From: Methanobacteriota archaeon
GTDB taxonomy: Archaea; Micrarchaeota; Micrarchaeia; Anstonellales; J096
Length of the DNA stretch: 29,385 nt
Assembly (NCBI GenBank): GCA_003694965.1
Contig: RFJG01000064.1
Coordinates: forward strand, 1 to 29,385
Direction of reading: 5' to 3'
Of this stretch, positions 16,296-26,300 are shown piece by piece. The number at the start of each line of letters is the position of its first letter. The first letter of the stretch is position 1. The notes under the pieces are model-generated. The model was given only the letters and a program-made list of their open reading frames with translations. It was not told the DNA's origin and did no database searches. Made by a program: the position numbers and the translations under genes.

Positions 16296-17507
16296 ATGCT
16301 TAAAAAAATCAAATTTAGGTGGAAGGAGAAAGAACTTGAAGGAATACTCTTGCCAAGTCCAGAAAAAGGTAGGGTAGTGGTAAAGTTGGATAGCGGCTAC
16401 AACATAGAGGTTGACGAGAAAGACATAGAAGTTGTGGAGAGCACGGAAATAGAAAAAGGTGAAGAAAAAGAATTGGAAAAGGCAGAAGGTGGCGAGATAA
16501 GCCTCTTGGGCTTTGGCGGTACCATCTCTTCAAAGGTTGATTATGAGACAGGAGCCGTATCCCCGACGATAAGTGCGAGAGAGCTTAAGAAAAGCTTCCC
16601 CGAGCTTGAAAAAATAGCAAGTGTTGATGTTAAGCAGGTAATGGAGATATTTAGCGAGGAAATGAGCGTGGAGCATTGGGAGGCAATGGCAGAGACAGTA
16701 TATGAAGAGCTAAAAGAAAAGGAAGGCGTTGTTGTCTTACATGGAACGGATACTCTCGGCTATAGTGCTGCTGCTCTCTCTTTTGCGATAAGAACTCCTA
16801 AACCCGTTGTCCTTGTTGGAGCTCAGAGAAGCTCGGACAGGCCGAGTAGTGATAACAAGCTTAACTTACTGAGTGCAGTGTTCTCGGCAAAGCAAGATTT
16901 TGGGGAGGTTGTTGTATGTATGCATGCCAACACATCCGATGAGTTCTGCCTCTTACATAGAGGAACTTGCGTTAGGAAAGACCACTCAAGCAGGAGGGAT
17001 GCTTTCAGGAGCCATAACATAAGGGAGCTTGCGAGAGTTCATTGGAAGGGTTATTTTGAGGAAATAGAAGGCTTGAAGAAAAGAGCTGAGCTAAAGTTGG
17101 ACAATTCATTCAATGATAACGTTGCTCTCATATATGCTTACCCGGGGATGAAGGGAAAACAAATAGAGGCATTGTCCGAATACGACGGCGTTGTCATAGC
17201 TGGGACTGGATTGGGCCACGTATCCTTGGAAAAGGTTGGGAAGGAGATAGGAGAACTTGTAGAGAGCGGGCTCTTTGTCTATATGACAACACAGACAGAA
17301 GAGGGGCCAGTTAACCTAAACGTCTATAGCACAGGGAGAAAATTGCAGGAAATGGGAGTGGAGGGCAATATGAATACAATGTTGCCAGAAACAGCTTATG
17401 TGAAATTGTGCTGGGCCTTAGGGCATACTAAAAAGAGAGAGGAAGTTGCAGAAATAATGAAAAGGGACATAGCGGGTGAATTAACTGGAAAGCTCAAATA
17501 CATATGA
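16296..17507 (+). CDS. gatD: Glu-tRNA(Gln) amidotransferase subunit D
   Basis: GatD-specific N-terminal domain (EGILLP..VVKLDSGYNI) followed by asparaginase-fold motifs GGTISSKVDY, HGTDT, GAQRSSDRPSSD and HSSRRDAF. Confidence 0.96.
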   Translation: MLKKIKFRWKEKELEGILLPSPEKGRVVVKLDSGYNIEVDEKDIEVVESTEIEKGEEKELEKAEGGEISLLGFGGTISSKVDYETGAVSPTISARELKKSFPELEKIASVDVKQVMEIFSEEMSVEHWEAMAETVYEELKEKEGVVVLHGTDTLGYSAAALSFAIRTPKPVVLVGAQRSSDRPSSDNKLNLLSAVFSAKQDFGEVVVCMHANTSDEFCLLHRGTCVRKDHSSRRDAFRSHNIRELARVHWKGYFEEIEGLKKRAELKLDNSFNDNVALIYAYPGMKGKQIEALSEYDGVVIAGTGLGHVSLEKVGKEIGELVESGLFVYMTTQTEEGPVNLNVYSTGRKLQEMGVEGNMNTMLPETAYVKLCWALGHTKKREEVAEIMKRDIAGELTGKLKYI

Positions 17508-17544
17508 TGCCGTTAACGACTATGTTAGGGGCATATTCGGAAAG

Positions 17545-18378
17545 TTGGGAATAGAAGAGAGGGAGTTCCTAGAAGAACTGGTAGTTGATAGAACATACAT
17601 AAGAGTAAATACGCTCAAAGTTAGCCTAAGCAGGTTCTTGAAGAACACGGAGTTGGAGTTGTCAAAAACAGGATACAAGTACGGCTACAGAGTAGAGGGG
17701 GATGTAAAAATAGGGAAGACGATGGAATACTTCTTGGGTTACCTGCATACGCAATCCCTCTCCTCCATGATGCCCGTCCTCGCATTTAGCTCTTGGAAGG
17801 ATAACATAGAGGTGCTTGATGCAGCAGCCTCTCCTGGAGGTAAGACAAGCCAGATAGCACAACACACCTCCAACAAAGCAGCTATAACAGCCATAGACAA
17901 GAGAACGGGCAGGATCTCATTGCTAGTCTCTAATTTGGAGAGGCTCGGCGTTGTCAGTGTAAATGTAGTGAGAAGAGATAGTAGAAAGCTGCCTTGGAAA
18001 AATACATTCAACAAGGTCTTGGTAGATGCTCCTTGCTCATCCCTTGGCTCTTCATTGTTCGCATTGAGAAAGACGACACATAGGAGGGTTAGGGATATGG
18101 CAAGAGTGCAGAGGAAGATGCTCCTATCCGCATTTGATGCTCTCAAAGAAGGAGGAGAGCTTGTATACAGTACTTGCACAATAACAGAAGAGGAGAACGA
18201 GGCAGTAGTGGCCAACTTGCTAGAGAATAGGAGTAATGCCACTATAGAGAGAGTTAAGCTGCCGATAAGGCATAGCAAGGGATTAGAGAGCTATGAGTTC
18301 AGCGACAAGGTTGCCCGCATATACCCTTGGGAGGTTGAGAGCGAGGCATTCTTTGTTGCGAGGATTAAGAAGAGCTAA
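17545..18378 (+). CDS. RsmB/NOL1/NOP2/Sun family RNA m5C methyltransferase
   Basis: SAM motif VLDAAASPGGKT, motif IV DAPCS and motif VI YSTCT..EENE, with both catalytic Cys present. The start may lie upstream, since the frame is open from 17485. Confidence 0.93.
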   Translation: MGIEEREFLEELVVDRTYIRVNTLKVSLSRFLKNTELELSKTGYKYGYRVEGDVKIGKTMEYFLGYLHTQSLSSMMPVLAFSSWKDNIEVLDAAASPGGKTSQIAQHTSNKAAITAIDKRTGRISLLVSNLERLGVVSVNVVRRDSRKLPWKNTFNKVLVDAPCSSLGSSLFALRKTTHRRVRDMARVQRKMLLSAFDALKEGGELVYSTCTITEEENEAVVANLLENRSNATIERVKLPIRHSKGLESYEFSDKVARIYPWEVESEAFFVARIKKS

Positions 18379-19556
18379 TACCTTATCGCCTCAAGTGGGG
18401 ATATCTTTGTTGCCCTGCGCGCTGGGAGGATACCACCTAGGACTCCGACAACAACACCTATGATAAGAGCGACCACAACTTGTATTATGCTTATGGAGAA
18501 GGGCACGACAGAAGATGCAACAATACCTATGGCAATAGCTACCAATAACCCAGCAATAGAGCCTATCAACGACAACAACACAGCTTCTGTCAAGAAGAGC
18601 AGGAGTATTGTTTTTTGCTTAACGCCGACAGCTCTCATAATGCCGATCTCCCTTTTTCTTCTCAATACGGAAGTAAACATTGTATTACCTATGCCCACGG
18701 CACTAACGAGGCTTGCTATGAGGCCAACTGCCACAGCCCCAAGGTATATTATGTTGAGTATGTTCCCCGTTGTCTCTTGAAAAAATTCCTGCGTTATTAT
18801 CGTGAAGTCTTTTTTGTCAACAGTTAGGCCGTGTTTCCTTGCGAGGAACTCTTCTACTTCTTTCTTAGCCTTTGCGGTGTCCGTACCATCCACTAAGTCT
18901 ATCCCTATAAAGCTTATGTCATCTTTCTTCAAGCCTATGTTTGGCCCATCCTTGAAATTTATGAATATAGCCTCATCATCTGAGCTGGAGAATGCCTGCC
19001 CTATCTCCTTTATCGTTCCAACAACGCGGAACTTCCGCCCATTTATTGTCAGGCTTTTGCCCGGATAGACAGTTTTTGAGAATAGCTTGTGCGCCGCCTT
19101 TCCTCCCAAGACTGCAACATACCTCTCATTATCAGAGAAAAAGCGGCCCCTCTCTAATTTATAGACATCTTTCCATTGGCTGAAAAAAGCCGCTGTTGTG
19201 ACATAGATTGTTGATTCTATCTCTTCATTCTCAAACTTTATCCTCTCTTTTGAGAATGTCCCATAACTGACACTGTCAACAAATGAGAACCTCCTCAACT
19301 CTGTAGCATCTGACAATGAAAGCGAACCAAAACCTGAGAAGGTATTACTTATGTCGCTTATTGGAGCAATTATCATCTTGTCAGTTCCGAACATAGCAAA
19401 TAGCTCGTTAGCTTGGTCTATGAGGCCTTGCCCTATCCCTATTATGAGCACTGCTGTCAGTACTCCTAAGAACACACCTATAAGCGTTAGGCTGCTCCTT
19501 ATGGCATCGCTTTTTAGGGATTTATAGGCTATTGCTGCTATTTCCTTCCTCTTCAT
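18375..19556 (-). CDS. ABC transporter permease, MacB/FtsX family
   Basis: N-terminal TM (RSSLTLIGVFLGV), large extracytoplasmic loop (GRFFS), VGIGNTMFTSVLRRKREIGIMRAVG, and C-terminal PARRATKISPLEAIRY. Confidence 0.93.
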   Translation of the reverse strand: MKRKEIAAIAYKSLKSDAIRSSLTLIGVFLGVLTAVLIIGIGQGLIDQANELFAMFGTDKMIIAPISDISNTFSGFGSLSLSDATELRRFSFVDSVSYGTFSKERIKFENEEIESTIYVTTAAFFSQWKDVYKLERGRFFSDNERYVAVLGGKAAHKLFSKTVYPGKSLTINGRKFRVVGTIKEIGQAFSSSDDEAIFINFKDGPNIGLKKDDISFIGIDLVDGTDTAKAKKEVEEFLARKHGLTVDKKDFTIITQEFFQETTGNILNIIYLGAVAVGLIASLVSAVGIGNTMFTSVLRRKREIGIMRAVGVKQKTILLLFLTEAVLLSLIGSIAGLLVAIAIGIVASSVVPFSISIIQVVVALIIGVVVGVLGGILPARRATKISPLEAIRY

Positions 19557-20758
19557 TATTCATACCTCATAGCTTCCGCTGGGCTTATGGAAGTGGTTGT
19601 TCTCGCTGGCAAGTAAGAGGCGATAGCTCCTGCCAACGCAAGTATTACAGTAGCTACAATTATCAATGGGAGGTTTGCCTCAAAAGGAACGATGCCTTGT
19701 AAGATGCCGATAACCAAGCCGATAAAGCTTCCTACGACACTCCCGATGATGGCTAGCATCACCCCTTCAAAGACAAATAACCTTACCACTTCTTTGTTTT
19801 TCACCCCCAATGTCTTCAGTAAGCCAATCTCTCTTCTCCTATCTATTATATTCATATACACTGTGTTTGCTATTCCAACAATACCAACAAGCAACGCCAT
19901 AGCAGAGACAGCTATGAAGAAAGCCTCCAACATAGAGGTAAGTTTTCCTATCTGTTCTCCTATGAATTTCGCAGTAATTACTGTGTATGTCTTTTTGTCT
20001 CCAACTCTTTTTGTTATTGCTAGCATGTTGTCTATGTCTTTTGCTACCTTCTCTGAATCATAGCCGTCCCTGACCTTAGCTGCTATTGTCAACACTTCGT
20101 TTTTCTCAAACCTGTTAGGGAAAAGCTTCCTAACGGTGTCCTTCCTAATGAAGACTCTGTCATCTATGCGTGCAAGGGAGTTGCCGCTTTCCTTAAGTAT
20201 TCCGACAACTCTATAGAGTTCTCCCTCTATCTCAACTTTCTTATTTACTTGCAGTTCTTCTGAAAAGAGCGTCTTCGCTATGGAACTGCCCAACACTATG
20301 TCGTGGCTCCCTTCTATCCACCTCCCCTCATTTATTTTGAGGCTCGGCGTTATGTCTATGTATTCCTTGTCTATGCCAACGACATTTGCCTTCTTGCTAG
20401 CATTTTTGTAAGTAATCTCTACCAAACCAGCTAATAAGCCGGTTGCTCTCTCAACCCCTTGGATATGGAGGACTCTCTTCACATCGTTTTCGGTGAATTT
20501 CTGCTTTAATGGTATGAAATTCTGCCTTTGCGAAGCCACAAAGATGTTCTCACTTACTTGTGTCGGCACTATTATGACAAGTTGAGTCCCGAAGCTTGTC
20601 GCAGACGTAGTTACTTCTTTTTGGAGACCAGAGGCTAGGCCCGTCAATGCAGCAATGCTAAAAGCCCCTATGGCTATCGCTACTATTGCTAGCAATGTCC
20701 TTAACCTGCCCAGCCCCAAGGACCTAACTCCATACTCTGCTATTGTCTTATTTTCCAT
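19556..20758 (-). CDS. ABC transporter permease, MacB/FtsX family
   Basis: RTLLAIVAIAIG, GIANTVYMNIIDRRREIGLLKTLG and PARTTTSISPAEAMRYE. Confidence 0.93.
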   Translation of the reverse strand: MENKTIAEYGVRSLGLGRLRTLLAIVAIAIGAFSIAALTGLASGLQKEVTTSATSFGTQLVIIVPTQVSENIFVASQRQNFIPLKQKFTENDVKRVLHIQGVERATGLLAGLVEITYKNASKKANVVGIDKEYIDITPSLKINEGRWIEGSHDIVLGSSIAKTLFSEELQVNKKVEIEGELYRVVGILKESGNSLARIDDRVFIRKDTVRKLFPNRFEKNEVLTIAAKVRDGYDSEKVAKDIDNMLAITKRVGDKKTYTVITAKFIGEQIGKLTSMLEAFFIAVSAMALLVGIVGIANTVYMNIIDRRREIGLLKTLGVKNKEVVRLFVFEGVMLAIIGSVVGSFIGLVIGILQGIVPFEANLPLIIVATVILALAGAIASYLPARTTTSISPAEAMRYE

Positions 20759-22208
20759 GTTTCTTTTTTCCTTTTAGGTAGTACCAGCCACCCGCTCCTA
20801 CTGCTATCACTGCAACTATTGGCAATAGCAGGTCTTGCTTTCCCTTTTCCGGCTCTTCTATGCTCAACTCAAATTCCTTGGTAAGAGTGTATGTCTTCCC
20901 AGAAGGGTCGCTGTACTTGACGCTCACGTTGGCTTTGCCGTTGTTGACATCCTTAACCTTTATTTTGAATTGTTGGCTACTAAAATCATCTGGCTCCAAG
21001 GACCCTATGAACCTCTCCTTTTGTATGTCTAACACATCAAAGGCGTCAGAGCTAATAGCAACAGACACTCCCGAAATGCGGTAAGATGCCTTGTTTGCAA
21101 CAACAACTGAGAGGCTGTGTTCCCCTTTCTTTCTCAATGGCAATGGCGTTGCTTCCAAGAACACACCTATGGCGTTCCCTGCCTTCACTGATATGGGGAC
21201 GCTCACTTCTGTGCTCTTTTCTTTGCCTTCTTCTTTCCAGTTTATTGTGAATTTCACAGGGTTTTTTCCTGGACTCAATGTCGTATATGCGTTGACGGCT
21301 ATGCTCTTCTTTTCCCCCACTCCGATCTCTCCTATGTATAGCTCGCTTATTCCGGGGAAGACGAGGTTCTCATCCGCTTTTATGCGCACATCACTTGCCC
21401 TACTCCCCCTGTTTTCCAAGACAAGTTTTAGCTTTTCCTCCTCTTTATGCGTTATCTCTCCATCCTGTACTATTGTAAATCGCGTTGATTGCTTACTCAC
21501 TGTTATAGGCAAGCTTATGCTAACACTGTGGTCTCCTCCTATTCTATCCTTATAATCCACAACAAAGGAGACGGTGTTCACACCTTCGTTGAGGAGAGAT
21601 GCGTCGTAGCTCACATTCTTTTCCTTACATCCATCTACATCTCCCAAGAATGCCTTGCCGCCCTCTAGTGAGAGGGTTGTTGAGCTAACATATACATCTC
21701 TTGCTATGCCATTTTCAGCACACACAACCATAGATGTTTTCCCTTCTTTATTGATTTCTTTTGGGTTTAGCTCTACTGTCATTGACGGAGTCTTTACTAC
21801 CTTTACAGGTATTGATGTTCTTGTTGTGGCAACTTTTGAGTTTGTTGTGCTCCCCTTCTCAACAAGTGCAGAGCCCCCTATTTCTAGAGAGATGGAGTAT
21901 ATGCCTTCCTTTGCTTCCTTGTCTATGTTTAGCGGTATGGAAACTGCCATAGTTCCCTTGCTTATCTTCCCTATGTTGATAGTCTTTGTAGCTATTGGAG
22001 AGCTAGCTTTAACATATACTGATTCAAATCCAACAAGCGTCTCCGTACTACTTACAGGATAGTCAAAACTTATGTTCAAGTTAAGTACTCCCTGGTCTCC
22101 TGGTTCGTAACTAACCTTATCAGTGCTGTAGCTACTTACAGTTATTCCGTATGTCAAGTAGCTAACAGACAACAACAGCACAAAAAGTGCCATAATTCCT
22201 TTTTTCAT
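20748..22208 (-). CDS. COG1361-like S-layer-domain (Ig-like repeat) protein with C-terminal membrane anchor
   Basis: Signal peptide, repeated beta-sandwich motifs (IGSLEPDDFSSQQFKIKV, VKYSDPSG), C-terminal TM and basic tail, and the typical position beside a MacB-type ABC transporter. Confidence 0.85.
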   Translation of the reverse strand: MKKGIMALFVLLLSVSYLTYGITVSSYSTDKVSYEPGDQGVLNLNISFDYPVSSTETLVGFESVYVKASSPIATKTINIGKISKGTMAVSIPLNIDKEAKEGIYSISLEIGGSALVEKGSTTNSKVATTRTSIPVKVVKTPSMTVELNPKEINKEGKTSMVVCAENGIARDVYVSSTTLSLEGGKAFLGDVDGCKEKNVSYDASLLNEGVNTVSFVVDYKDRIGGDHSVSISLPITVSKQSTRFTIVQDGEITHKEEEKLKLVLENRGSRASDVRIKADENLVFPGISELYIGEIGVGEKKSIAVNAYTTLSPGKNPVKFTINWKEEGKEKSTEVSVPISVKAGNAIGVFLEATPLPLRKKGEHSLSVVVANKASYRISGVSVAISSDAFDVLDIQKERFIGSLEPDDFSSQQFKIKVKDVNNGKANVSVKYSDPSGKTYTLTKEFELSIEEPEKGKQDLLLPIVAVIAVGAGGWYYLKGKKKHGK

Positions 22209-22918
22209 CTTCTCACCTTCTTTCTTTTATGGTTATTACCATCCTTCTCAATCTTTCCATCTTTTATGTGCACAACCCTACTGCTATAAGCAGCTATGTT
22301 GGGATCGTGCGTAACAACAACGAGTGTCTTTCCTTCCTCATTCAAGTCTTCAAATATTGCAAGAACTTCCTCAGCTGTCTTTGAGTCCAAGTTTCCTGTC
22401 GGCTCGTCTGCAAGTATAAAAGATGGCTCCATTGCAAGAGCCCTTGCTATAGCTACTCTTTGCTGTTGCCCTCCGCTGAGCTGGCTAGGCCTATGTTCTG
22501 CCCTTTCTTTTAGTCCGAGGTCTGAGAGGAGCTCCATTGCCTTCCTTCTTGCTTCCTCTCTGTCTATGTCATATGCAAGGAATGGTAGCATCACATTCTC
22601 AACAGCAGTGAACGATGGCAGGAGGTTATAAGCTTGGAATACAAACCCTATCTTCCTCCCTCTGATGTCCGCTCTTGTATCCTCATCTAACTTGGAGACG
22701 TCCTTCCCATCTATTCTTATTTTTCCTCCTGTTGGCTCATCCAGCAACCCCATTATGTGGAGGAGAGTGCTTTTACCACTCCCAGACGGCCCAAATATAG
22801 ACACCATCTCCCCCTTCTTTATTGATAGGGAGATCCCTCTTAATGCAACTGTCTCAACATCTTCGTTCCTGTAAACCTTCTTTATGTTCTCTAATTCGAT
22901 TACTGCTTTGGCACTCAT
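22205..22918 (-). CDS. ABC transporter ATP-binding protein (LolD/SalX-like)
   Basis: Walker [10 protein letters not shown], signature LSGGQQQRV, Walker B ILADEPT, H-loop VTHD. Confidence 0.97.
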   Translation of the reverse strand: MSAKAVIELENIKKVYRNEDVETVALRGISLSIKKGEMVSIFGPSGSGKSTLLHIMGLLDEPTGGKIRIDGKDVSKLDEDTRADIRGRKIGFVFQAYNLLPSFTAVENVMLPFLAYDIDREEARRKAMELLSDLGLKERAEHRPSQLSGGQQQRVAIARALAMEPSFILADEPTGNLDSKTAEEVLAIFEDLNEEGKTLVVVTHDPNIAAYSSRVVHIKDGKIEKDGNNHKRKKVRR

Positions 22919-23274
22919 GCTACCAACTCCCTGAGGAATTCCCCTATTGGGTTATTGTTGAGGTATTTCTTAAGGCGCTTGAGGACATCTTTACCTCTGC
23001 TACTAGCTTTATAGAGGACTCTTCTCCCCTCCTTTCTCTTTGTGACGAGCTTGAGTTTTTCCAACTCTGCCAACATAGGGTAGATGCGCGATGCCTTTAC
23101 AGTGCCCAAGTCAAGGGATTCCATCCTCTTAATTATGCCATAGCCGTGCATCTCCTCCTTTGAGAGCATCCACAGCAATAGTGAGAAGTAAAACTTCCTA
23201 ACTATGAGTTGTGACATTGGCTTTTTCTTATCTAAGAATAACTTGTGAACTCTCCTTATGGCATCTCTATCCAT
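22915..23274 (-). CDS. PadR-family transcriptional regulator
   Basis: LLWMLSKEEMHGYGIIK..IYPMLAELEKLKLV..RRVLYKASSRG matches the PadR wHTH pattern. First gene of the ABC operon. Confidence 0.9.
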   Translation of the reverse strand: MDRDAIRRVHKLFLDKKKPMSQLIVRKFYFSLLLWMLSKEEMHGYGIIKRMESLDLGTVKASRIYPMLAELEKLKLVTKRKEGRRVLYKASSRGKDVLKRLKKYLNNNPIGEFLRELVA

Positions 23275-23279
23275 ATTTG

Positions 23280-23305
23280 GATATATCTAACTATGGATAT
23301 ATAAA
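23280..23305 (-). promoter_or_regulatory. TATA box with an overlapping inverted repeat; candidate PadR operator
   Basis: TTTATATAT on - (23297-23305) lies 22 nt before ATG23274. Inverted repeat ATATATC-N8-GATATAT spans 23281-23302. Confidence 0.55.
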
Positions 23306-23330
23306 TCTTTCCTTTTTCGCTTCTATTCTA

Positions 23331-26300
23331 TCAACTAAAGAAATCAACGAGGCCTTTTTGTTGCACCCTCTCATCCTCAAAGACGCTCGCAATCTCCTCC
23401 TCTACTAACTTGAGTCTCTGCTTTAGGTAGTTGGGCAGGGAGAACCTATCAGCCAACTCTATCGCTCTTCCCAAATACTTCTCTATCCCTCCCTTATGTA
23501 TAGTTAATGTTAGCTCTCCATTGCACTTGAGGCACTTTCCCCTTAGCGGAGGCCTATCATATTTCTCATTGCAATGTGTGCACCTGAACTTCTGTCTTGA
23601 GAACTTCCTAAGGTTTCCATATATGTCAGGTATGAAGTGGCTAAGTATTACCTTTTCCATTCCATCCTGGAGGTCAACAGCCCTTATCTTCCTCATGACA
23701 TCAACTTCAGCTTCTATTTTTTCTGGTATGCTCTTTAATCGCGTGTATGTTGATTGCAGTGGCCCTAACTGGAGATAAGCCCCTTTATGCGTGAACCCTA
23801 TCCCTTGGTAGGGGTTTTCTTTGTCTAGCAAGCTCTCAACGAGCTCCATCTTGACATTGTAGGCCATCTCTCCTTTCCAGGCCTTTTCATAGAGCTCATA
23901 CGGATACTCGCTCACTATCTCCATGACGTGGACCTCGTCATCAACTTCCTTGGGGTTTATCTTCGCATTGAGTATGAGTGGAGAGTCCATAGTCCCTCCT
24001 CTTGACACATAGAGGTATTCCTTAGAGAAATTTATGAGTCCATCTAAGAGTAACATTATGGCATCCTCATCCCCATCTGCGTTCCTCCTCCTCGCACATA
24101 TGAGATAGGGGTGTGCATAACCAACTCTTGCTTGTGTAAACCCTATTATCCTGGCAAGGTTACCTGCTGATGTGTGAGGGGATAGGCTTATGACAAGTTT
24201 TCCTATCAGCCCTTCTTTGTCCTCTATATTGTAGTAGGGCTCCATTCCATAGAGCTTAACGAGCATCTCATCTATGAACTTGGCTGCGTTTATGAGGCTC
24301 TCAACCATCCCTTCTGAAACTAGTATGTCTTGAGGGTAGAGCTCAACTATCTGCTCCCCACTAACTAACTCTTCTCCATATACATCTTTTGTGTAGCCGA
24401 GCTCCCGCAGTTTTTCTATAGGTACTCCTATGTCTTTAGCATAGAAATGTGTTAATGGCACATCAGTTGCATCGAACCTTACTGTCCCATCCCTGAATAC
24501 ATAGAGGTTGTGTTTTGCCCTAAGGAAGCCTTTCTCAAGCCTCTCGCTCATCTTCATCCTGCTCATAAGGCCCTTAACTCCCTTTATCTCGTGCTGGCTC
24601 CCTATGAGCTCCCTGCACTTATCATACATCTCAACAAATGGGAGGTCCATCTTTTTTACTTCAAGAGGGACACTCATAGACTTACATAGAGGACAGAGTA
24701 GGTATGGCACTTCCTTCTTGCATTTCTTACAATAGTATGTCATCGCCTCCACAGTGTTCAGCCTTTCCATCTTTTTTACTTTGAGAGTATTGTAGAGCTT
24801 GCTCAAGCTTCTCTGCGGCTGTCCTGTTGGGAATAGGACGTGTGGCTTTCCTTCCATTTCCCTTAGCTTGGCCTTTTCGGGCCTCCCCATCCTTCCTCCG
24901 ACATAGGAGCCGCCCTTGTCCTTTATCTCTACTCCGCTTATTGATGACAAGACCTCTAATATGTTGTCTTTCTCCTCTATAGTTTTGGCAAGCTCCTCCC
25001 TGCTTGCACATAGCAGTGTTCTTTCTAATATTTCCTTACTCTCTTTGCTTAACTTAACTACTCCTTCAACAACTTTGTGTTCCAAGCCAAGCAGCTCTAA
25101 GAGCCTCTTACCTTTCTTTATTGCTTCCATACTGCCAGAAACATAGTCGTAGAGCTCGAGGAGCTGCTCTTTCTTTAGTTCTGTCCAGTAAGGAAGGGCT
25201 ATGGGGTGGAGCGCTATGTTGTGTTTTTTTGAGAGTTCAAAGGCCTCCTCAACACTTGCTGGCTCTCCTATGTCAAGGCCGGCTTTTTTGACCTCTGCTC
25301 TCCATATCTCCTCAACATAGCCAGGCGGCAGTAGGGGTGAGTTGCTTTTGAGGAAGTCCCCAAAACTTATGAGGAGGTCTCCGAGGTGGATTATCTCTAC
25401 AACATCGTCCTTTACCTCTAAGGCTCTCTCGTATGTCGTGATTTTTTCAACGCTCCCATCCTTAAGCTTGACTATGGGCCCTTCTATGTCAGTGCAAGAG
25501 GCAACAACAGCACCCTTTCCTGGCTTCTCCAACTTTAGTTGAGTTCCATATGCTAGGAAATTGCCGCTTAATACCATCGTCGCTGGGTGGAGATTCTTGC
25601 CCATGATGCCAGTTGTGAATGTCCTCCCATAACGGACACGGAATCCTCCTCTCCTTGATGGGTAGGAGAAGACGGGCCTCCCTATAACTAAGCCGTCGAG
25701 GTAGACAGCTCCCTTGTCCTCTGCTTTCTTGACAGGAGTTAGCTCCTTAATGAACATCCATTCCTTTAAGCTCAGCATTTTTGCATACTTAGCAACCTTG
25801 CTCGCCTTTTGCAATAACCCCTCACATATGACAAGAGCTACTCCACTCCTTACTCTATTGGTCTTAATCCTCGGGTGGTCCCTGTTGACAGAAACCTCCA
25901 CCTCTTCTGTTGGCTCTCCATCTATGCATACTGGGCTGTTCTTTAAGACCTCCTCTATGTGGCTCTCTGGCGGGAAGTACTGCAACCTTGCAGCAGCCTT
26001 ATCATAGAGCTGTATCTCTTCCAAGACTCTCTTTATCTCGTTGGCATCTGGCTTAAACGCTTCTATGTTGAGCTCCCTCCTTGCGAGGTCTGCCAATATG
26101 ACAGTTAAGGCGGCAACTGTTCCTCCTGCGCTCCTTATGGGCCCAGCATAGTAGACTGCAACATAATCCTTGCCGTTGTAGTTGTTGATGGAAACCTTTG
26201 CTATTCCTTCTGTTGGGGCTACGAGGACACCTTCTGTAAGTATTGCCGTCCCTACACGCACTGCCTTGTCAAGGAGCTCCTCCCTACTACCTTTTATGAG

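Noticed and set aside
16296-17507. Stand-alone L-asparaginase
   Set aside because: The GatD-specific N-terminal domain is present. The absence of gatE from this window says nothing about the rest of the genome.
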